Below the pieces are notes generated by a model, which saw only the letters and a list, made by a program, of their open reading frames with translations, did no database searches and was not told the DNA's origin. From NCBI GenBank assembly GCA_964248365.1, contig CAXTYC010000003.1, forward strand, positions 128,001 through 192,000: 64,000 bases of DNA. Direction: 5' to 3'. Positions 1 through 11,261 of the stretch are shown one piece after another; position 1 is the first letter of the stretch, and each line of letters opens with the position of its first letter. The DNA is from an uncultured Chroococcidiopsis sp. Lineage in GTDB: Bacteria > Cyanobacteriota > Cyanobacteriia > Cyanobacteriales > Chroococcidiopsidaceae. Position numbers and translations under genes: made by a program.

Positions 1-1
1 T

Positions 2-949
2 TCGGTTCACACTACAGGGCTGCAAAAAATTCCGCTTGCCGGAAAATATTTCCGAATGCTGGCTCCTTTGTACTTTCCTGCTTTTCGCTCCTTAAATCTG
101 GAAAATTATGATTTGATTATTAGCAGTAGCAGCAGCTTTGCTAAGGCAGTGAAAAAAAGAAAAGGAGCGCAGCACATTTGCTTTTGCCACAATATCACTC
201 GTTTTTTGTGGGATACTAATACCTATTTAAGAGAGTATGGAGATTATCGGTATTTTTATCCTTTAATTGAAACAGTTTTTCAAAAAATGCGTAGTGTGGA
301 CTTAGCGTATGCTCAGGAACCTGATCTTTACATTGCTAATTCTAGTATTGTAGCACGGCGAATTAAAAAATATTATGGTAAGCAGGCAATTGTAATTAAC
401 TATCCAATTAATTCTAATAATTTTACATATTCAAATCAAAAAGAAAACTACTATTTAGTATCAGCTCGCCTCATCAGCTACAAACGTATTGATATAATTG
501 TAGAAGCTTTTAATTGGTTAGGATTGCCCTTATTGATAATAGGCGATGGTCCAGAGCGCGAACGTTTAGAGTCAAGAGCATTGAAAAACATTAAATTTTT
601 GGGACACGTAAGTGACTCAGAACGCAGTTATTTAATGTCAAAAGCTGGTTCTGTAGTAGTTGCTGCTCTAGAAGACTATGGTTTAGTTCCCATTGAAGCG
701 AACGCCAGTGGAACACCAGTAATTGCCTATGGTGCAGGTGGAGTCTTGGACACGCAAATACCAGGTCATACGGGAGTATTTTTTAACAAGCAAACGCCGG
801 ATGCTTTACAATCGGCGCTACTTACTGCCAAAGAGATTTCATGGGATTATGGCAAAATTCGTCATCATGCGCTAAGCCATTTTTCCGAAGAAGCATTTTT
901 TGGCAAGGTTGAGCAAGTGATTTCGGCAAAAGTTAGTAGCATTACTTAA
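2..949 (+). CDS. GT4 family glycosyltransferase (5' end outside the window)
   Basis: Frame is open from position 2 (SVHTTGLQKIP...) into ORF 56..949; GT4 motif EDYGLVPIEANASGTPVIA. Confidence 0.9.
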   Translation, partial: SVHTTGLQKIPLAGKYFRMLAPLYFPAFRSLNLENYDLIISSSSSFAKAVKKRKGAQHICFCHNITRFLWDTNTYLREYGDYRYFYPLIETVFQKMRSVDLAYAQEPDLYIANSSIVARRIKKYYGKQAIVINYPINSNNFTYSNQKENYYLVSARLISYKRIDIIVEAFNWLGLPLLIIGDGPERERLESRALKNIKFLGHVSDSERSYLMSKAGSVVVAALEDYGLVPIEANASGTPVIAYGAGGVLDTQIPGHTGVFFNKQTPDALQSALLTAKEISWDYGKIRHHALSHFSEEAFFGKVEQVISAKVSSIT

Positions 950-984
950 ATTATAAATCAGATCTCAGATTGGAGCAGCATCGC

Positions 985-3213
985 ATGGCTAGAGTGAATG
1001 AAAGTAATTTACCAGTAAACACTGAAACAGATGCAGGTTACGGACAACTGTTCTCAGTTTTAATGCGCCGACGCTTTTGGCTGCTAGGTGTTTTAGGAAG
1101 TGTGTTAACAGTTGCGACTATCTTTACTTTGGTTTCAAAGCCAACTTATCAAAGTCAGATGCAGCTGCTGATAGAACCTAACTATCAGGGTAAAAGAGAT
1201 GTAGATGCGCAGCGCCCAAGCCAGCAATATGCTGAATCTAGTGTCAAGATAGATGACTATGCTACTCAAATTAACGTCATGCGTAGTACTTTACTGCTCC
1301 AAAGAGCAGCAGACATTCTGCGTCCTGAGTATCCAAATATTACTGTCAAAGAAATTAAAGCTAATCTGAAACTAAGACAAGTATTGGAAGAAAAAATCAA
1401 TACAAAAATTGTTGAAGCGACTTATACAGCTAACGATCCGATTAAAGCTGAAAAAGTTTTAGAGGCTATTCATAGAGTTTATCAAATTTATAACCGCGAA
1501 CAGCAACAGCAGCGTTTGCAAAAGGGTCTAAAATTTATCAATGAGCAAATTCCACAGGTAAGTAAAACAGTCGATCAAGCTGAGAATAAGCTAGAACAGT
1601 TTCGCAAAAACAATAACTTAATTGATCCAGAACAACAGGCAAACTCGATTAGCCAGTCTTTAAATGCTATAGCACAAGAGCGACAAGTAATTCGCGCTCA
1701 ATACAAAGATTTGCAGGCTCGCTACAGTGCTGTACAAAAGCAGCTTGCTCGTTCTCCACAACAGGCTTTAGTTGCTTCTCGTTTAAGTCAGTCTTCCCGC
1801 TACCAAACTTTACTCAATGAGTTGCAAAGAACAGAACTGGCTCTATCGCAACGACGGATAGTGTTTACAGACGAAGATCCTACTGTAAAGAAGTTGCAAG
1901 AACAACGTCAGAGATTGGTGGATTTGTTGAAATCAGAAGGTGGACGAGTTGTAGGCGCACAGCTAGCTCAAAGCGAGGGTACAGGAGATAACCTTCTTAA
2001 GGAAGGGCAGTTCGGTGGAATTGACCTGAATTTGACTAATCAACTAGTAGATGTACAAACAAATATCAATGCTTTGAGTGCTAGAGATAAAAGTTTGGAA
2101 CAGACACAAAAGGATTTGCGTAACGATCTCAATCGCTTCCCTGTCCTGCTGGCTGAGTACAATCGTTTATTACCCGTTGTGCAAATTAACCGAAACAAGC
2201 TACAGCAACTAATACAAGCACAACAGGAATTAAGTCTAGAAATTGCCAGAGGTGGATTTGATTGGCAAGCTTTAGAAGAACCACGACTAGGGCAGCAGGT
2301 AGGTCCCAATCTCAAGCTTAACTTGTTGTTAGGTTTAGTAGCGGGTTTATTGCTCGGTGGTCTTGCTGCCTTTTTACGTGAAGCCGTTGATGACTCTGTA
2401 TTTAGCTCTGAGGAATTGGAGAAGCAGGTCGAGCTACCCTTGCTAGGAATGACTCCAGAGTTACCGAAAAGCAAGGTAACAAAGCCGCAAATCAGTCTAC
2501 CTTTTGGCAAACCGCAATTACTCGCACCTTGGACGGTGCAAGTCAGTAATTGGCCACCAACTTGGGAATCTCTGGATTTAATTTATAGAAATATTCAATT
2601 GATGAATGAATTAGCTTCATTCAAATCTTTGACGATCACCTCAGCGGTGGCTGGTGAGGGTAAGTCAACGCTGGCTCTGGGTTTAGCTTTGAGTGCTGCC
2701 CGTTTACATCAGCGGGTTCTATTGATTGATGCCGATTTGCGCCGCCCCAATTTGCATCAAATGCTCAACTTGCCAAATGAGCAAGGGCTTTCTACTTTTC
2801 TTAGCAGTGATGCTATGCCAGGTCATAGTATTGTCCAATCATCTGGGGCTTTCATCGATATTTTGACCGCTGGACCTGTGGCTTCTGACCCAGCTCATAT
2901 GTTAAGTTGCCAACGGATGCGGGAATTAATGGCAGAGTTTGAGAAAGATTACGACCTGATCCTGCTCGATGCTCCGCCAGTTTTGGGTATGGTAGATGCG
3001 ATGATTTGTGCTTCATTCTGTACAGGTGTGGTGCTGGTTTCTCGCATTGGTCAAGTAACGAAAACAGAACTGGCACAGGCTACAGCTATGCTAAGGAAGT
3101 TAAACGTGATTGGAGTCGTAGCCAATGGAGGAGGCGGCGTTAGTCGTAGCTATGCCCACGCAGACACGAAGCGCGAAGAAGGGGTTGTACTTAATAAGGT
3201 GTGGGGGAACTAG
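985..3213 (+). CDS. wzc: Polysaccharide co-polymerase / BY-kinase (Wzc/GumC family)
   Basis: Two TM helices flank a coiled-coil; Walker A SAVAGEGKST, A' LLIDADLRRP, B ILLDAPP; ATG 985 preferred to TTG 970. Confidence 0.88.
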   Translation: MARVNESNLPVNTETDAGYGQLFSVLMRRRFWLLGVLGSVLTVATIFTLVSKPTYQSQMQLLIEPNYQGKRDVDAQRPSQQYAESSVKIDDYATQINVMRSTLLLQRAADILRPEYPNITVKEIKANLKLRQVLEEKINTKIVEATYTANDPIKAEKVLEAIHRVYQIYNREQQQQRLQKGLKFINEQIPQVSKTVDQAENKLEQFRKNNNLIDPEQQANSISQSLNAIAQERQVIRAQYKDLQARYSAVQKQLARSPQQALVASRLSQSSRYQTLLNELQRTELALSQRRIVFTDEDPTVKKLQEQRQRLVDLLKSEGGRVVGAQLAQSEGTGDNLLKEGQFGGIDLNLTNQLVDVQTNINALSARDKSLEQTQKDLRNDLNRFPVLLAEYNRLLPVVQINRNKLQQLIQAQQELSLEIARGGFDWQALEEPRLGQQVGPNLKLNLLLGLVAGLLLGGLAAFLREAVDDSVFSSEELEKQVELPLLGMTPELPKSKVTKPQISLPFGKPQLLAPWTVQVSNWPPTWESLDLIYRNIQLMNELASFKSLTITSAVAGEGKSTLALGLALSAARLHQRVLLIDADLRRPNLHQMLNLPNEQGLSTFLSSDAMPGHSIVQSSGAFIDILTAGPVASDPAHMLSCQRMRELMAEFEKDYDLILLDAPPVLGMVDAMICASFCTGVVLVSRIGQVTKTELAQATAMLRKLNVIGVVANGGGGVSRSYAHADTKREEGVVLNKVWGN

Positions 3214-3214
3214 A

Positions 3215-3366
3215 CAGTTACCAGTGACCAGTTATCAGTTACCACAAAGCGAGATAGTGCAGGTGCAGGGAATTTTCAATTTGCGAAGGGAAGCGCTGGG
3301 GAGAAAATTTTTAGGTGGGCAATGCCCACCCTACTAGCCCCTGGTTCCTCTAGCCCCTAGCCTCTA
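3215..3366. repeat. Heptamer arrays (CAGTTAC, TAGCCCC) with a GTAG-type REP palindrome at 3312-3334
   Basis: cagttaccagtgaccagttatcagttacc; taggtgggcaatgcccaccctac. Confidence 0.8.
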
Positions 3367-3373
3367 AACATAT

Positions 3374-4525
3374 ATGAAAATTCTGTTTTTAGACCAGAGT
3401 GGCAAACCAGGAGGTGCAGAACTGTGTCTATTAGATATTGCCAAACCTTACCGCGATCGCTCTCTTGTTTGCCTATTTGCCGATGGTGACTTTAAAGATT
3501 TACTCCAACAACACCAGATACCTGTACAGGTTCTAGCTTCTAGGCTAGGGCAAATCCGTAAAGAAAGCGGCTTTGTCCAGGGTTTAAGCAGCTTGGGTAG
3601 TATTATACCACTTATTGCCCAAGTTGCGGGGCTAGCCCCCAGCTACGATCTGATCTATGCCAATACGCAAAAAGCTCTGGTTGTAGGAGCGATCGCATCT
3701 CTGTTGTGCCGCCGTCCTTTGGTATATCACTTACATGATATTCTCTCAACTGAACACTTCAGCTCGACCAACTTGCGGCTAGCAGTGACGCTGGCTAATC
3801 TTGCCTCATTGGTAATTGCCAATTCCAAGGCAAGTCAAGCTGCCTTTCTAGCAGCAGGGGGAAATCCCTTGCTAGTAAATGTAGTTTACAACGGATTTGA
3901 ACCAGAGCTATATCAACATCAGTTTGAGCCACACCAAATCAAACAGCAACTAGGACTCGATGGCAAGTTTGTAGTCGGACACTTTAGCCGACTTTCTCCC
4001 TGGAAAGGACAGCACATTTTACTCGAAGCACTTACCCACACTCCCCCCGATGTGTCAGCAATTTTAGTAGGTGATGCCCTGTTCGGAGAACAGGATTACG
4101 TGCAGTATTTACACCAGCAAGTTACTGCCCTGGGATTAGATAAGCGAGTCCAGTTTTTAGGATTTCGTTCAGACGTTGTGCGATTGATGGCAGCCTGCGA
4201 CTTGGTGGCACATACTTCAACAGCAGCGGAACCTTTCGGGCGCGTAATTGTCGAAGCAATGTTATGCGGTCGTCCCATTGTTGCCGCCAGCGCTGGGGGT
4301 GGGATCGAATTAGTAGAGACACAGAAAACAGGCTGGTTAGTACCGCCTGGGGATGCCTTGCAACTAGCAGCAGTGATTAATACTTGTCACCAACAGCCCC
4401 AGTTATGCCAGTCTATTGGCACTCAAGGAAGAATTATAGCAAGTCAACGCTTCGATTTGTCAACTATTAATCAGCAGATTGCTCAATTGCTCGGTCAGCT
4501 AGAGGGGCTAGGGGCTAGGGGCTAG
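3374..4525 (+). CDS. GT4 family glycosyltransferase
   Basis: GGAE N-terminal motif, SRLSPWKGQ, EPFGRVIVEAMLCGRP. Confidence 0.92.
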   Translation: MKILFLDQSGKPGGAELCLLDIAKPYRDRSLVCLFADGDFKDLLQQHQIPVQVLASRLGQIRKESGFVQGLSSLGSIIPLIAQVAGLAPSYDLIYANTQKALVVGAIASLLCRRPLVYHLHDILSTEHFSSTNLRLAVTLANLASLVIANSKASQAAFLAAGGNPLLVNVVYNGFEPELYQHQFEPHQIKQQLGLDGKFVVGHFSRLSPWKGQHILLEALTHTPPDVSAILVGDALFGEQDYVQYLHQQVTALGLDKRVQFLGFRSDVVRLMAACDLVAHTSTAAEPFGRVIVEAMLCGRPIVAASAGGGIELVETQKTGWLVPPGDALQLAAVINTCHQQPQLCQSIGTQGRIIASQRFDLSTINQQIAQLLGQLEGLGARG

Positions 4526-4617
4526 AGGAACCAGAGGAACCAGAGGCTAGTAAATATAATATATTTATCTCCCCTGATTCCCCCTCTCCTGTCTCCTGTC
4601 TCCTGACTTCTGACTTC
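4501..4617. repeat. Short tandem repeat mosaic between convergent genes
   Basis: (GGGGCTA)n, (GAGGAACCA)n, (CTCCTGT)n, (CTTCTGA)n. Confidence 0.85.
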
Positions 4618-7419
4618 TCACCTCCTCACCTCCTCACCCGTTAAGTGATCGAGGGCTTCTAGTAATTCTTGTTTGTTGTAGGGTTTAGAAAAATAGGCTG
4701 TTGCTCCTAAATTCAGGGCTAGCTGGCGCTCTTTGTCTCCACTGCGGGAAGTTAGCATCACAATAGGCAACTGTTTGAAAGCTGGGTTCGATTTGACTCT
4801 GGCTAGGAAACCATAACCATCCAAGCGAGGCATATCAACATCACAAATTACAGCAGTCAGCGGTATTCCACTCATGAGTTTTTCTAGAGCATCTTGACCG
4901 TCTTTAGCTTGTTCGACTCGATATCCAGCTTTTTCTAAGGTCAATGACAAGAAGCGGCGGACATTAATTGAGTCATCTACCAATAGGATGGTTTTTTGGC
5001 TGGACTGAGCAGATTGGTGTCGATCTTCTGGCTCTAAAGTAGGTGGTTGCTGACTACTAGCAATCCAATGGAGTAATTCTGGGGGATTTACCAAAGGAAC
5101 AACTCGACCATCTCCGAGAATTGTACAGCCTGTGAAGCCTGGAGGCATGGGGATTGTTCCTTCTACGGCACGAATGGCGACTTCTTGTTCACCCCAGCAG
5201 CGATCTACTTGCAAGCCTACCCATTCCCTACCGTGAGAGATCAGCAAAACGGTAGGTACACCCATCAGCGGTGTAGCTTCAGTTTCGGCTGACAGTTGGG
5301 GACAGCGAAACTTGAGCCAATCACTCAAATAAATTATCGGTACTAGATATTCTTGCCACCGCAGGACTGCTTTACCGTCAATCGTTGATATTTGTTCTCG
5401 ATTGAGCAATAGCATTTCTTCGATCGCCGTGCTAGGAAAAGCTAGTAGCATTCCCTTACTCTCAACTAGTAGCACTCGCGCTATGGATAAAGTGAGAGGA
5501 ACGCTGATCGTAAAAGTTGTCCCCATTCCAGGCTGAGTTTCAACTTTGATGTCACCGCGAATTTGTCTGAGATTGGTTCTCACCACATCCATACCGACAC
5601 CGCGACCGGATAAAGCGGTAACTTGCTCGGCGGTGCTAAAACCAGGCTCAAAAATCAGACTTAAAATTTCTTCATCACTAGCAGCTGCGATCGCCTCTGC
5701 ATCTAGCCCCAGTTGATGCGCGCGCGATCGCACTTTATCCAGTGAAATTCCCCGCCCATCATCCCTAAAAGTAATCAAAGTTTGATTACCTCGATAGACG
5801 GCTTTAATTTCGATCAATCCCTGTTCTGGTTTACCACAAGCACGGCGAGTTTGGGGATCTTCAATGCCATGATCGAAGGCATTGCGTAACAAATGCATCA
5901 AGGGGTCGCCCAGTGCGTCTAATATACCGCGATCGACTAAAGTATCCCCACCTTGAACTTTTAATTCTACATTTTTACCATACTGTAAAGCTAGTTCACG
6001 CAATGCTCTGGGAAATCGCCCGACTCCTTCTGAAAAAGGGCGCATCCGCAGCTGGCTGATACAACTTTGCATCTGCTTGGCTGTGCGGTTGAGATCGCCG
6101 ACAATTTGATCGGTTTCTTGCAGGCAAAGATCGATGTCTTCTGTAACTTCTTGCAACTGAACAATATTTGCCATTATTTCCGATGACGAGTCGGATTCAT
6201 TCTGATTGCTGTCAGATTTGTTAGCATTTGGCTGGGGCGAGATTGGCGCTTGCTGGTGATGGGGTTGGCTGTCAGGTGAAAATGCTACATCTGACAGAAG
6301 TTTCGCCGATTGCGATCCCGTTGATGGTTTGGCAGGCTTTTGATAGGCAGTAGTGCGGCGGCGGGTGTAGGTTTGTTGGAGCGATCGCACCTTACGCTCT
6401 AGAATTTTGACTGAATTACGTATTCGTTCTAGTTGTAAATCCAGTCCACTGCGCTCAATGGTTAATTCTCCGAATAAATCATTTAGTTCTTCCAATTGCT
6501 TGAGGGGAACGCGCACTGTATTTTCCTGTTCTTTCACATCAGGAATAGGTGCATCTGGTTTGAATCCTGACACCGATGGTGTCAGCTGTGCTGTAGAAGA
6601 ATTAATAACTGGCTGGTTGGCATTTGTGGCTACAACAGAGATTTCATCGGACTTGGAGTGATCTAATTCGAGATCATTGGGAATTGTATCACTTTGCCCA
6701 ATTAACACAGCCGCTTGCGATCGCCGCCACGCCTGCCTAGCTGCTTGTGCAATTTCTTCTGTTTGTTCTGGCGTTGCTTCTAAGTGTTTCTTTACCGATA
6801 GACACAAACTGTTAAAAGCACTCAGTTGAAGCATTTCCCCCAAATCGCTCAAATCTTGGGCTATCTCTGACACTTGTGCTGATAAGCCAGACTTATCTGG
6901 ATTTGCCAAAGCCGCTTCTAGCTGTTGTAAATATGCTTCCACCTCAGTTTCAAACAGCATTTTCTCCATGTCTAGCCCTTGGGGTAACAGTTGTGTTACT
7001 GTTTCCTCCTGCTGATGGTCGCCTAGACGCTGATACAACTGCTCAAACACTGGCTTGATATGACTTGCTTGCCATTGCTCTTCGACAACTGGGGTTTGAC
7101 GATTCACAGCTACCACTTGGCGCAAACAGTCAACTGCCGATAGTAGTAAACTTTCTGCCCCAGCATCTACTGCCTGCGGGTTGGTTTTAATTACTTTGAA
7201 AAAGTTTTCCAGACGATGAGCCAAATCACTCAAAGTCTGAAATCCCATCACCGCCGCCCCACCTTTGATTGAATGGGCTGCTCTCAATATTGCATCCATT
7301 TTTTGCCGCTCAATTCCAGCAGCGCTAATTCCTAGTAAATTTTCTTCAATTGTATTTAAATGATCCTGAGCTTCTTCTAAAAACTGGATCTGGATTTCAA
7401 GTTCTTTATCCTGGGGCAT
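4618..7419 (-). CDS. cheA: Hybrid CheA histidine kinase (Hpt-HATPase-CheW-REC), PixL/PtxE-like
   Basis: Hpt LRAAHSIKGGA; HLLRNAFDHGIE; SGRGVGMDVV; CheW domain; C-terminal REC ICDVDMP. Confidence 0.93.
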   Translation of the reverse strand: MPQDKELEIQIQFLEEAQDHLNTIEENLLGISAAGIERQKMDAILRAAHSIKGGAAVMGFQTLSDLAHRLENFFKVIKTNPQAVDAGAESLLLSAVDCLRQVVAVNRQTPVVEEQWQASHIKPVFEQLYQRLGDHQQEETVTQLLPQGLDMEKMLFETEVEAYLQQLEAALANPDKSGLSAQVSEIAQDLSDLGEMLQLSAFNSLCLSVKKHLEATPEQTEEIAQAARQAWRRSQAAVLIGQSDTIPNDLELDHSKSDEISVVATNANQPVINSSTAQLTPSVSGFKPDAPIPDVKEQENTVRVPLKQLEELNDLFGELTIERSGLDLQLERIRNSVKILERKVRSLQQTYTRRRTTAYQKPAKPSTGSQSAKLLSDVAFSPDSQPHHQQAPISPQPNANKSDSNQNESDSSSEIMANIVQLQEVTEDIDLCLQETDQIVGDLNRTAKQMQSCISQLRMRPFSEGVGRFPRALRELALQYGKNVELKVQGGDTLVDRGILDALGDPLMHLLRNAFDHGIEDPQTRRACGKPEQGLIEIKAVYRGNQTLITFRDDGRGISLDKVRSRAHQLGLDAEAIAAASDEEILSLIFEPGFSTAEQVTALSGRGVGMDVVRTNLRQIRGDIKVETQPGMGTTFTISVPLTLSIARVLLVESKGMLLAFPSTAIEEMLLLNREQISTIDGKAVLRWQEYLVPIIYLSDWLKFRCPQLSAETEATPLMGVPTVLLISHGREWVGLQVDRCWGEQEVAIRAVEGTIPMPPGFTGCTILGDGRVVPLVNPPELLHWIASSQQPPTLEPEDRHQSAQSSQKTILLVDDSINVRRFLSLTLEKAGYRVEQAKDGQDALEKLMSGIPLTAVICDVDMPRLDGYGFLARVKSNPAFKQLPIVMLTSRSGDKERQLALNLGATAYFSKPYNKQELLEALDHLTGEEVRR

Positions 7420-7454
7420 AGTTCGTCAGGGGTTGAAGATTTTTTGTGATGACC

Positions 7455-7600
7455 GCAGGGGGAGAGCGGGAGAGGGGGAGCAAAGGAAGGATAAAGGTTA
7501 AAGGATGAAGGATAAAGGTTAAATTGCCTACTTCAGACTTTAGACTTCACACTTCATACTTTTCTCGCCTAAGCGCCTAAGCGCCCCCCACCCCTTTTAC
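7455..7600. repeat. Composite heptamer spacer element
   Basis: ggataaaggttaaaggatgaaggataaaggttaaa followed by (ACTTCAN)n. Confidence 0.75.
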
Positions 7601-7602
7601 CT

Positions 7603-10506
7603 TTAATCGTTTTCTCCTACTTTAAAAGTACCTACTGACACTTGCAGTTGTTGTGCTGTCTCTACAGTGCGTTGTAGAGAATTAGAGATTTGGCGAGAAT
7701 ATTCCGAAGTGCCTTCCGAAACATCAGCAATTTCTTTCATCAAAAGGGTTACAGCTTGGGCAGTTTGAGCTTGAGATACTGTTGCACTGGAAATTGATTT
7801 TACCAGTTGATAAATTTGATGAGACTCTTGTAAAATTTGCTCTAAACTCTGCTTAGAATCTTCCACAAAATTAGCGCCTTCAATTACCTGGATATTTCCC
7901 AGTTCCATTGCTTGCACTACTTTACCCGTTTCTTGCTGAATATTTTCGACAATTTGTTCAATTTCTTTAGTCGCGTCGGCTGACTTAGAAGCAAGTTGAC
8001 CAATTTCTTCTGCTACGACTGTAAAGCCTCGACCTGCTTCCCCAGCCCTCGAAGCTTCGATGCTGGCGTTGATGGCTAATACGTTTGTTTGTAGGGCAAT
8101 TTGGTTAATTAATGAAACAACTTTAGTTATTTGTTGAGTAGATGTGCCTAATAGCTTCACTTGACTGGCAGCTTCTGTGACTGTATCCCGTAAATTCAAG
8201 ATATTTTCAACAGTGTGATCCATTGCCAACCCACCAGCTTCAGCCGTAGTAAAGGCAGTGCGGGCTACTTCTGCCGCTCTGTTTGCACTAGCTGCTACTG
8301 CTTGAATCGAAAGCGTCATTTGCTCTACTGAATCTAGAGTGTGGTTAATTTCTTGAGCTTGTTTAAGCGCTTCGTCAGCTAATTCACGAATTGCTCCAGC
8401 ATTTTCCCCGACAGAAATGTTGACTTGTCCAGCAGCTTTTTTTACAGAAGTAACAAGTTGTCTGAGATTTTCAATGATAGTATTAAAAAAGTCAGCAATT
8501 GTGCCGATTTCTCCTGCTGTCACTGTTGCCCTGACAGTTAAATCACCACTTGCTGCACCTTCAATTTGAGACAGTAGTTCTACTAGTCGGTACTGTAAAA
8601 GTTCTTTTTGTTGCCGTTGTTCTTGAGACATTACTTCGGCTTGTTGACGAGCGAGTTCTACTTGTTCAAGCAGACTAGCTTGGTCTAGGGCAAAGCCAAT
8701 TTGAGTTGCTAATTGAGTAAATAAATCGATTTCTGTTTGCAACCAAACTCGCCCTTTTGAGCATTGATGGGCAATGAGTAAGCCTAGCAATTCGTTATCT
8801 TTGATAATTGGGGCAACTATTTTTGCTTTGACTTCAAATTGTTCTAGTTGTTTGACGTGACAAGCCGATAGTCCAGCTTGGTAAATATTATCGATCGCTC
8901 TTACTCTTCCCTCACGATATTGTTGACCATAGCCTTCTCGAAAGCAAGAGTCATCTATCTGGCGCTCTAAAGTTTGTGTCCAGCCAGATGCCACAGATTC
9001 AGCTAATATCTTTCCCTTCCAGTTAGCATCAAAGCCATAAACTACCACTCTCTCTGTTTTCAAAACTCTTCGGATCTCTTTAACTGCGGTATTGAGAATA
9101 TCTTTGAAGTTGAGAGACTGACGAATGCGTAAGGTAATATCGGCAAATAAATTCGCTCGTTCTGCAACATCCTGTTGTTGTTCGAGTTGAGCTTGTAATC
9201 TCTCTGCCATTGAGTTGATATTCGTTCCCAAAATCGCTAATTCATCGTCCCCTGACACAGCAATGCGGGTGTCTAGTTGTCCTTGCCCCAGTTTTCGTAC
9301 TGCCTTGGAAGCATTGACAATCGGACGCAAACTGCGGTTAACTAAAATAGCTGCGATCGCGGAGGCAATTAATACTGTTGCTCCCGTCACAGCCCCAACA
9401 GTCCATAGCGCCCATCTTAGTCCGGCAAATACCTCATCTTTCGGTTGAGCAACTATCACCCCCCAGTTCGGTTGAGTTGCGCCCTCAAGTTGTCTCAGGG
9501 AAGCGTAGGATAACAGGTACTCATGTTTCTCCTGTCGATCAAAATCCACTACACTCCCCAGGGAAGATGCTGCTTGCAATCGAGCTGCCGCCTGGGGAAA
9601 AATGGTTTTAACATCTTTACCTAAATATTCGGGGTGAGGTGGTGGGGCAATAAAAATTTTCCCCTGATTGTTGAATGCAAAGTATTCTTCAGTACCCAAG
9701 CCTTTGATGTTCTTGCCAATTTCTTGAGCTTGGTTATACAATATTTGATTAAGATGTTTAACTGGAGTACGCGATCGCACTACTCCTATTGTTTCTCCTG
9801 TTTCTGGATTTTTTACCGGAGCAGCAGCAAATATAGAATAATCCCCACTAGCAAGTGATTTTCTGGGTGAGGTAATTACGGGGCGATCGGACTTGAGCGC
9901 TGCTTGAAAATAGTCTATTTTACTATAGTTGGTAATTACTTGCCCTGAAGATTGTGCAACGACATTGCCGTTCAGGTCGAGCAAAACAATACTGTCATAG
10001 CCTTGACCATTTTTAATGTATTGATCTAGTATTGCTTGCTTTTGGCTATCTGGTGTCACCCTTCCCACTTGCGAGTTATTGAAAATACTTAATTGGGCTA
10101 GAGTTTGAATATCCTGATAACGCCCTAGGACAAAACGCTCTAGCTGGTTGGATAAGGAAACAGCCCGCGTTTGTTGTTGTTGAGTTATATTTTGGGTAAT
10201 ATTTTTATTGGTTAGGTAATAGGCGATCCCTCCTAATACTAAAATTGGAATTGTCGTCAGAGCGATCGCGCTAGCGAGTGCCTTAATTCTTAAGCTTCGT
10301 CCTATCCCCCACAAGGGGCGACGTGTTAACACAGGATTGCTCTTAACCGCTTTTGATGACCCAGCTGATGTTAATTTAGACTTTGTAGTACCTAAACTCT
10401 TATCCTTAGTATTTTTATTTTTATAATTCACACCAGTTTTGCTATCTGCTCCTGCATCCAGGCGGGGTTTCCCTGTCTTTGATTCGCGCTTAGATCGTGT
10501 ATTCAT
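7603..10506 (-). CDS. Methyl-accepting chemotaxis protein with Cache, HAMP and a DXCF cyanobacteriochrome GAF (PixJ-like)
   Basis: Two TMs around a Cache-like region; GAF with DDSCF and SACH; signalling hairpin [26 protein letters not shown] 10506 has GGAG upstream. Confidence 0.9.
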   Translation of the reverse strand: MNTRSKRESKTGKPRLDAGADSKTGVNYKNKNTKDKSLGTTKSKLTSAGSSKAVKSNPVLTRRPLWGIGRSLRIKALASAIALTTIPILVLGGIAYYLTNKNITQNITQQQQTRAVSLSNQLERFVLGRYQDIQTLAQLSIFNNSQVGRVTPDSQKQAILDQYIKNGQGYDSIVLLDLNGNVVAQSSGQVITNYSKIDYFQAALKSDRPVITSPRKSLASGDYSIFAAAPVKNPETGETIGVVRSRTPVKHLNQILYNQAQEIGKNIKGLGTEEYFAFNNQGKIFIAPPPHPEYLGKDVKTIFPQAAARLQAASSLGSVVDFDRQEKHEYLLSYASLRQLEGATQPNWGVIVAQPKDEVFAGLRWALWTVGAVTGATVLIASAIAAILVNRSLRPIVNASKAVRKLGQGQLDTRIAVSGDDELAILGTNINSMAERLQAQLEQQQDVAERANLFADITLRIRQSLNFKDILNTAVKEIRRVLKTERVVVYGFDANWKGKILAESVASGWTQTLERQIDDSCFREGYGQQYREGRVRAIDNIYQAGLSACHVKQLEQFEVKAKIVAPIIKDNELLGLLIAHQCSKGRVWLQTEIDLFTQLATQIGFALDQASLLEQVELARQQAEVMSQEQRQQKELLQYRLVELLSQIEGAASGDLTVRATVTAGEIGTIADFFNTIIENLRQLVTSVKKAAGQVNISVGENAGAIRELADEALKQAQEINHTLDSVEQMTLSIQAVAASANRAAEVARTAFTTAEAGGLAMDHTVENILNLRDTVTEAASQVKLLGTSTQQITKVVSLINQIALQTNVLAINASIEASRAGEAGRGFTVVAEEIGQLASKSADATKEIEQIVENIQQETGKVVQAMELGNIQVIEGANFVEDSKQSLEQILQESHQIYQLVKSISSATVSQAQTAQAVTLLMKEIADVSEGTSEYSRQISNSLQRTVETAQQLQVSVGTFKVGEND

Positions 10507-10576
10507 ATTAGCGTCTCCAAGTAAGACCAAAATAGCTAAATATTAATAAACTTAAATATTCATTTCAACATCAAAC

Positions 10577-11047
10577 CTAATGTCTGTACAAAGTAGGTGA
10601 AAGCACAATTGCTTCCGCATTCAGAACTAACAATACCTCTTGTTCCTGAAAAATACAGCCTGATAAGTAGGGAATTAATGCTGATGTTACCAGTTCTGGT
10701 GGCGCTTGAATCAAATCAGGCGTAAAGTGAGTCACACCTTTAACTTCTTGTACCAATAACCCTAAGCTAATTTGTTTAGCTTGAACAATTATTACGTTAT
10801 ACTGTTGGGCATTAGTACCTAGAGGCTGCAAACCGAGCAGCCCAGCTAGGTCTATCACCCACAAAACTCGATTGCGTCTGTTCAATAAGCCCAGTACACT
10901 CTCAGTCATATTAGGCATTGCTGTAATTCGCCTGGAGGGTATGATCAGCACCTCTCGCACCTGTTCCATCGCTAAAATTGCAGGTGTCTGTTGCTCCAGA
11001 TGAAATTTTAGAAAGCTGTCACCAGAACTTTTTTCTACAATATTCAT
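10577..11047 (-). CDS. cheW: CheW adaptor
   Basis: ITAMPNM..VLGLLNRRNRVLWVIDL; lies between the PatA-like and MCP genes. Confidence 0.9.
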   Translation of the reverse strand: MNIVEKSSGDSFLKFHLEQQTPAILAMEQVREVLIIPSRRITAMPNMTESVLGLLNRRNRVLWVIDLAGLLGLQPLGTNAQQYNVIIVQAKQISLGLLVQEVKGVTHFTPDLIQAPPELVTSALIPYLSGCIFQEQEVLLVLNAEAIVLSPTLYRH

Positions 11048-11148
11048 TCACAATAGGATAGGGCAGACTTCGCAATTGAGAATTCACAATTCAAGAGTGT
11101 AATCACAAATTATAAATTATAAATTTAAAATACCATATTATTTATACA

Positions 11149-11202
11149 GTAGGGTGGGCATTGCCCACCATTATCACATTTGGTGGGCAATGCCTACCCT
11201 AC
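11149..11202. repeat. Inverted pair of GTAG-type REP palindromes (REPIN-like)
   Basis: gtagggtgggcattgcccacc, short AT-rich spacer, ggtgggcaatgcctaccctac. Confidence 0.85.
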
Positions 11203-11261
11203 TTGCTTGCTGAAGAAATCGAAGTAGAATTGAATTTATGAATAATAGTGATGTATATTTA

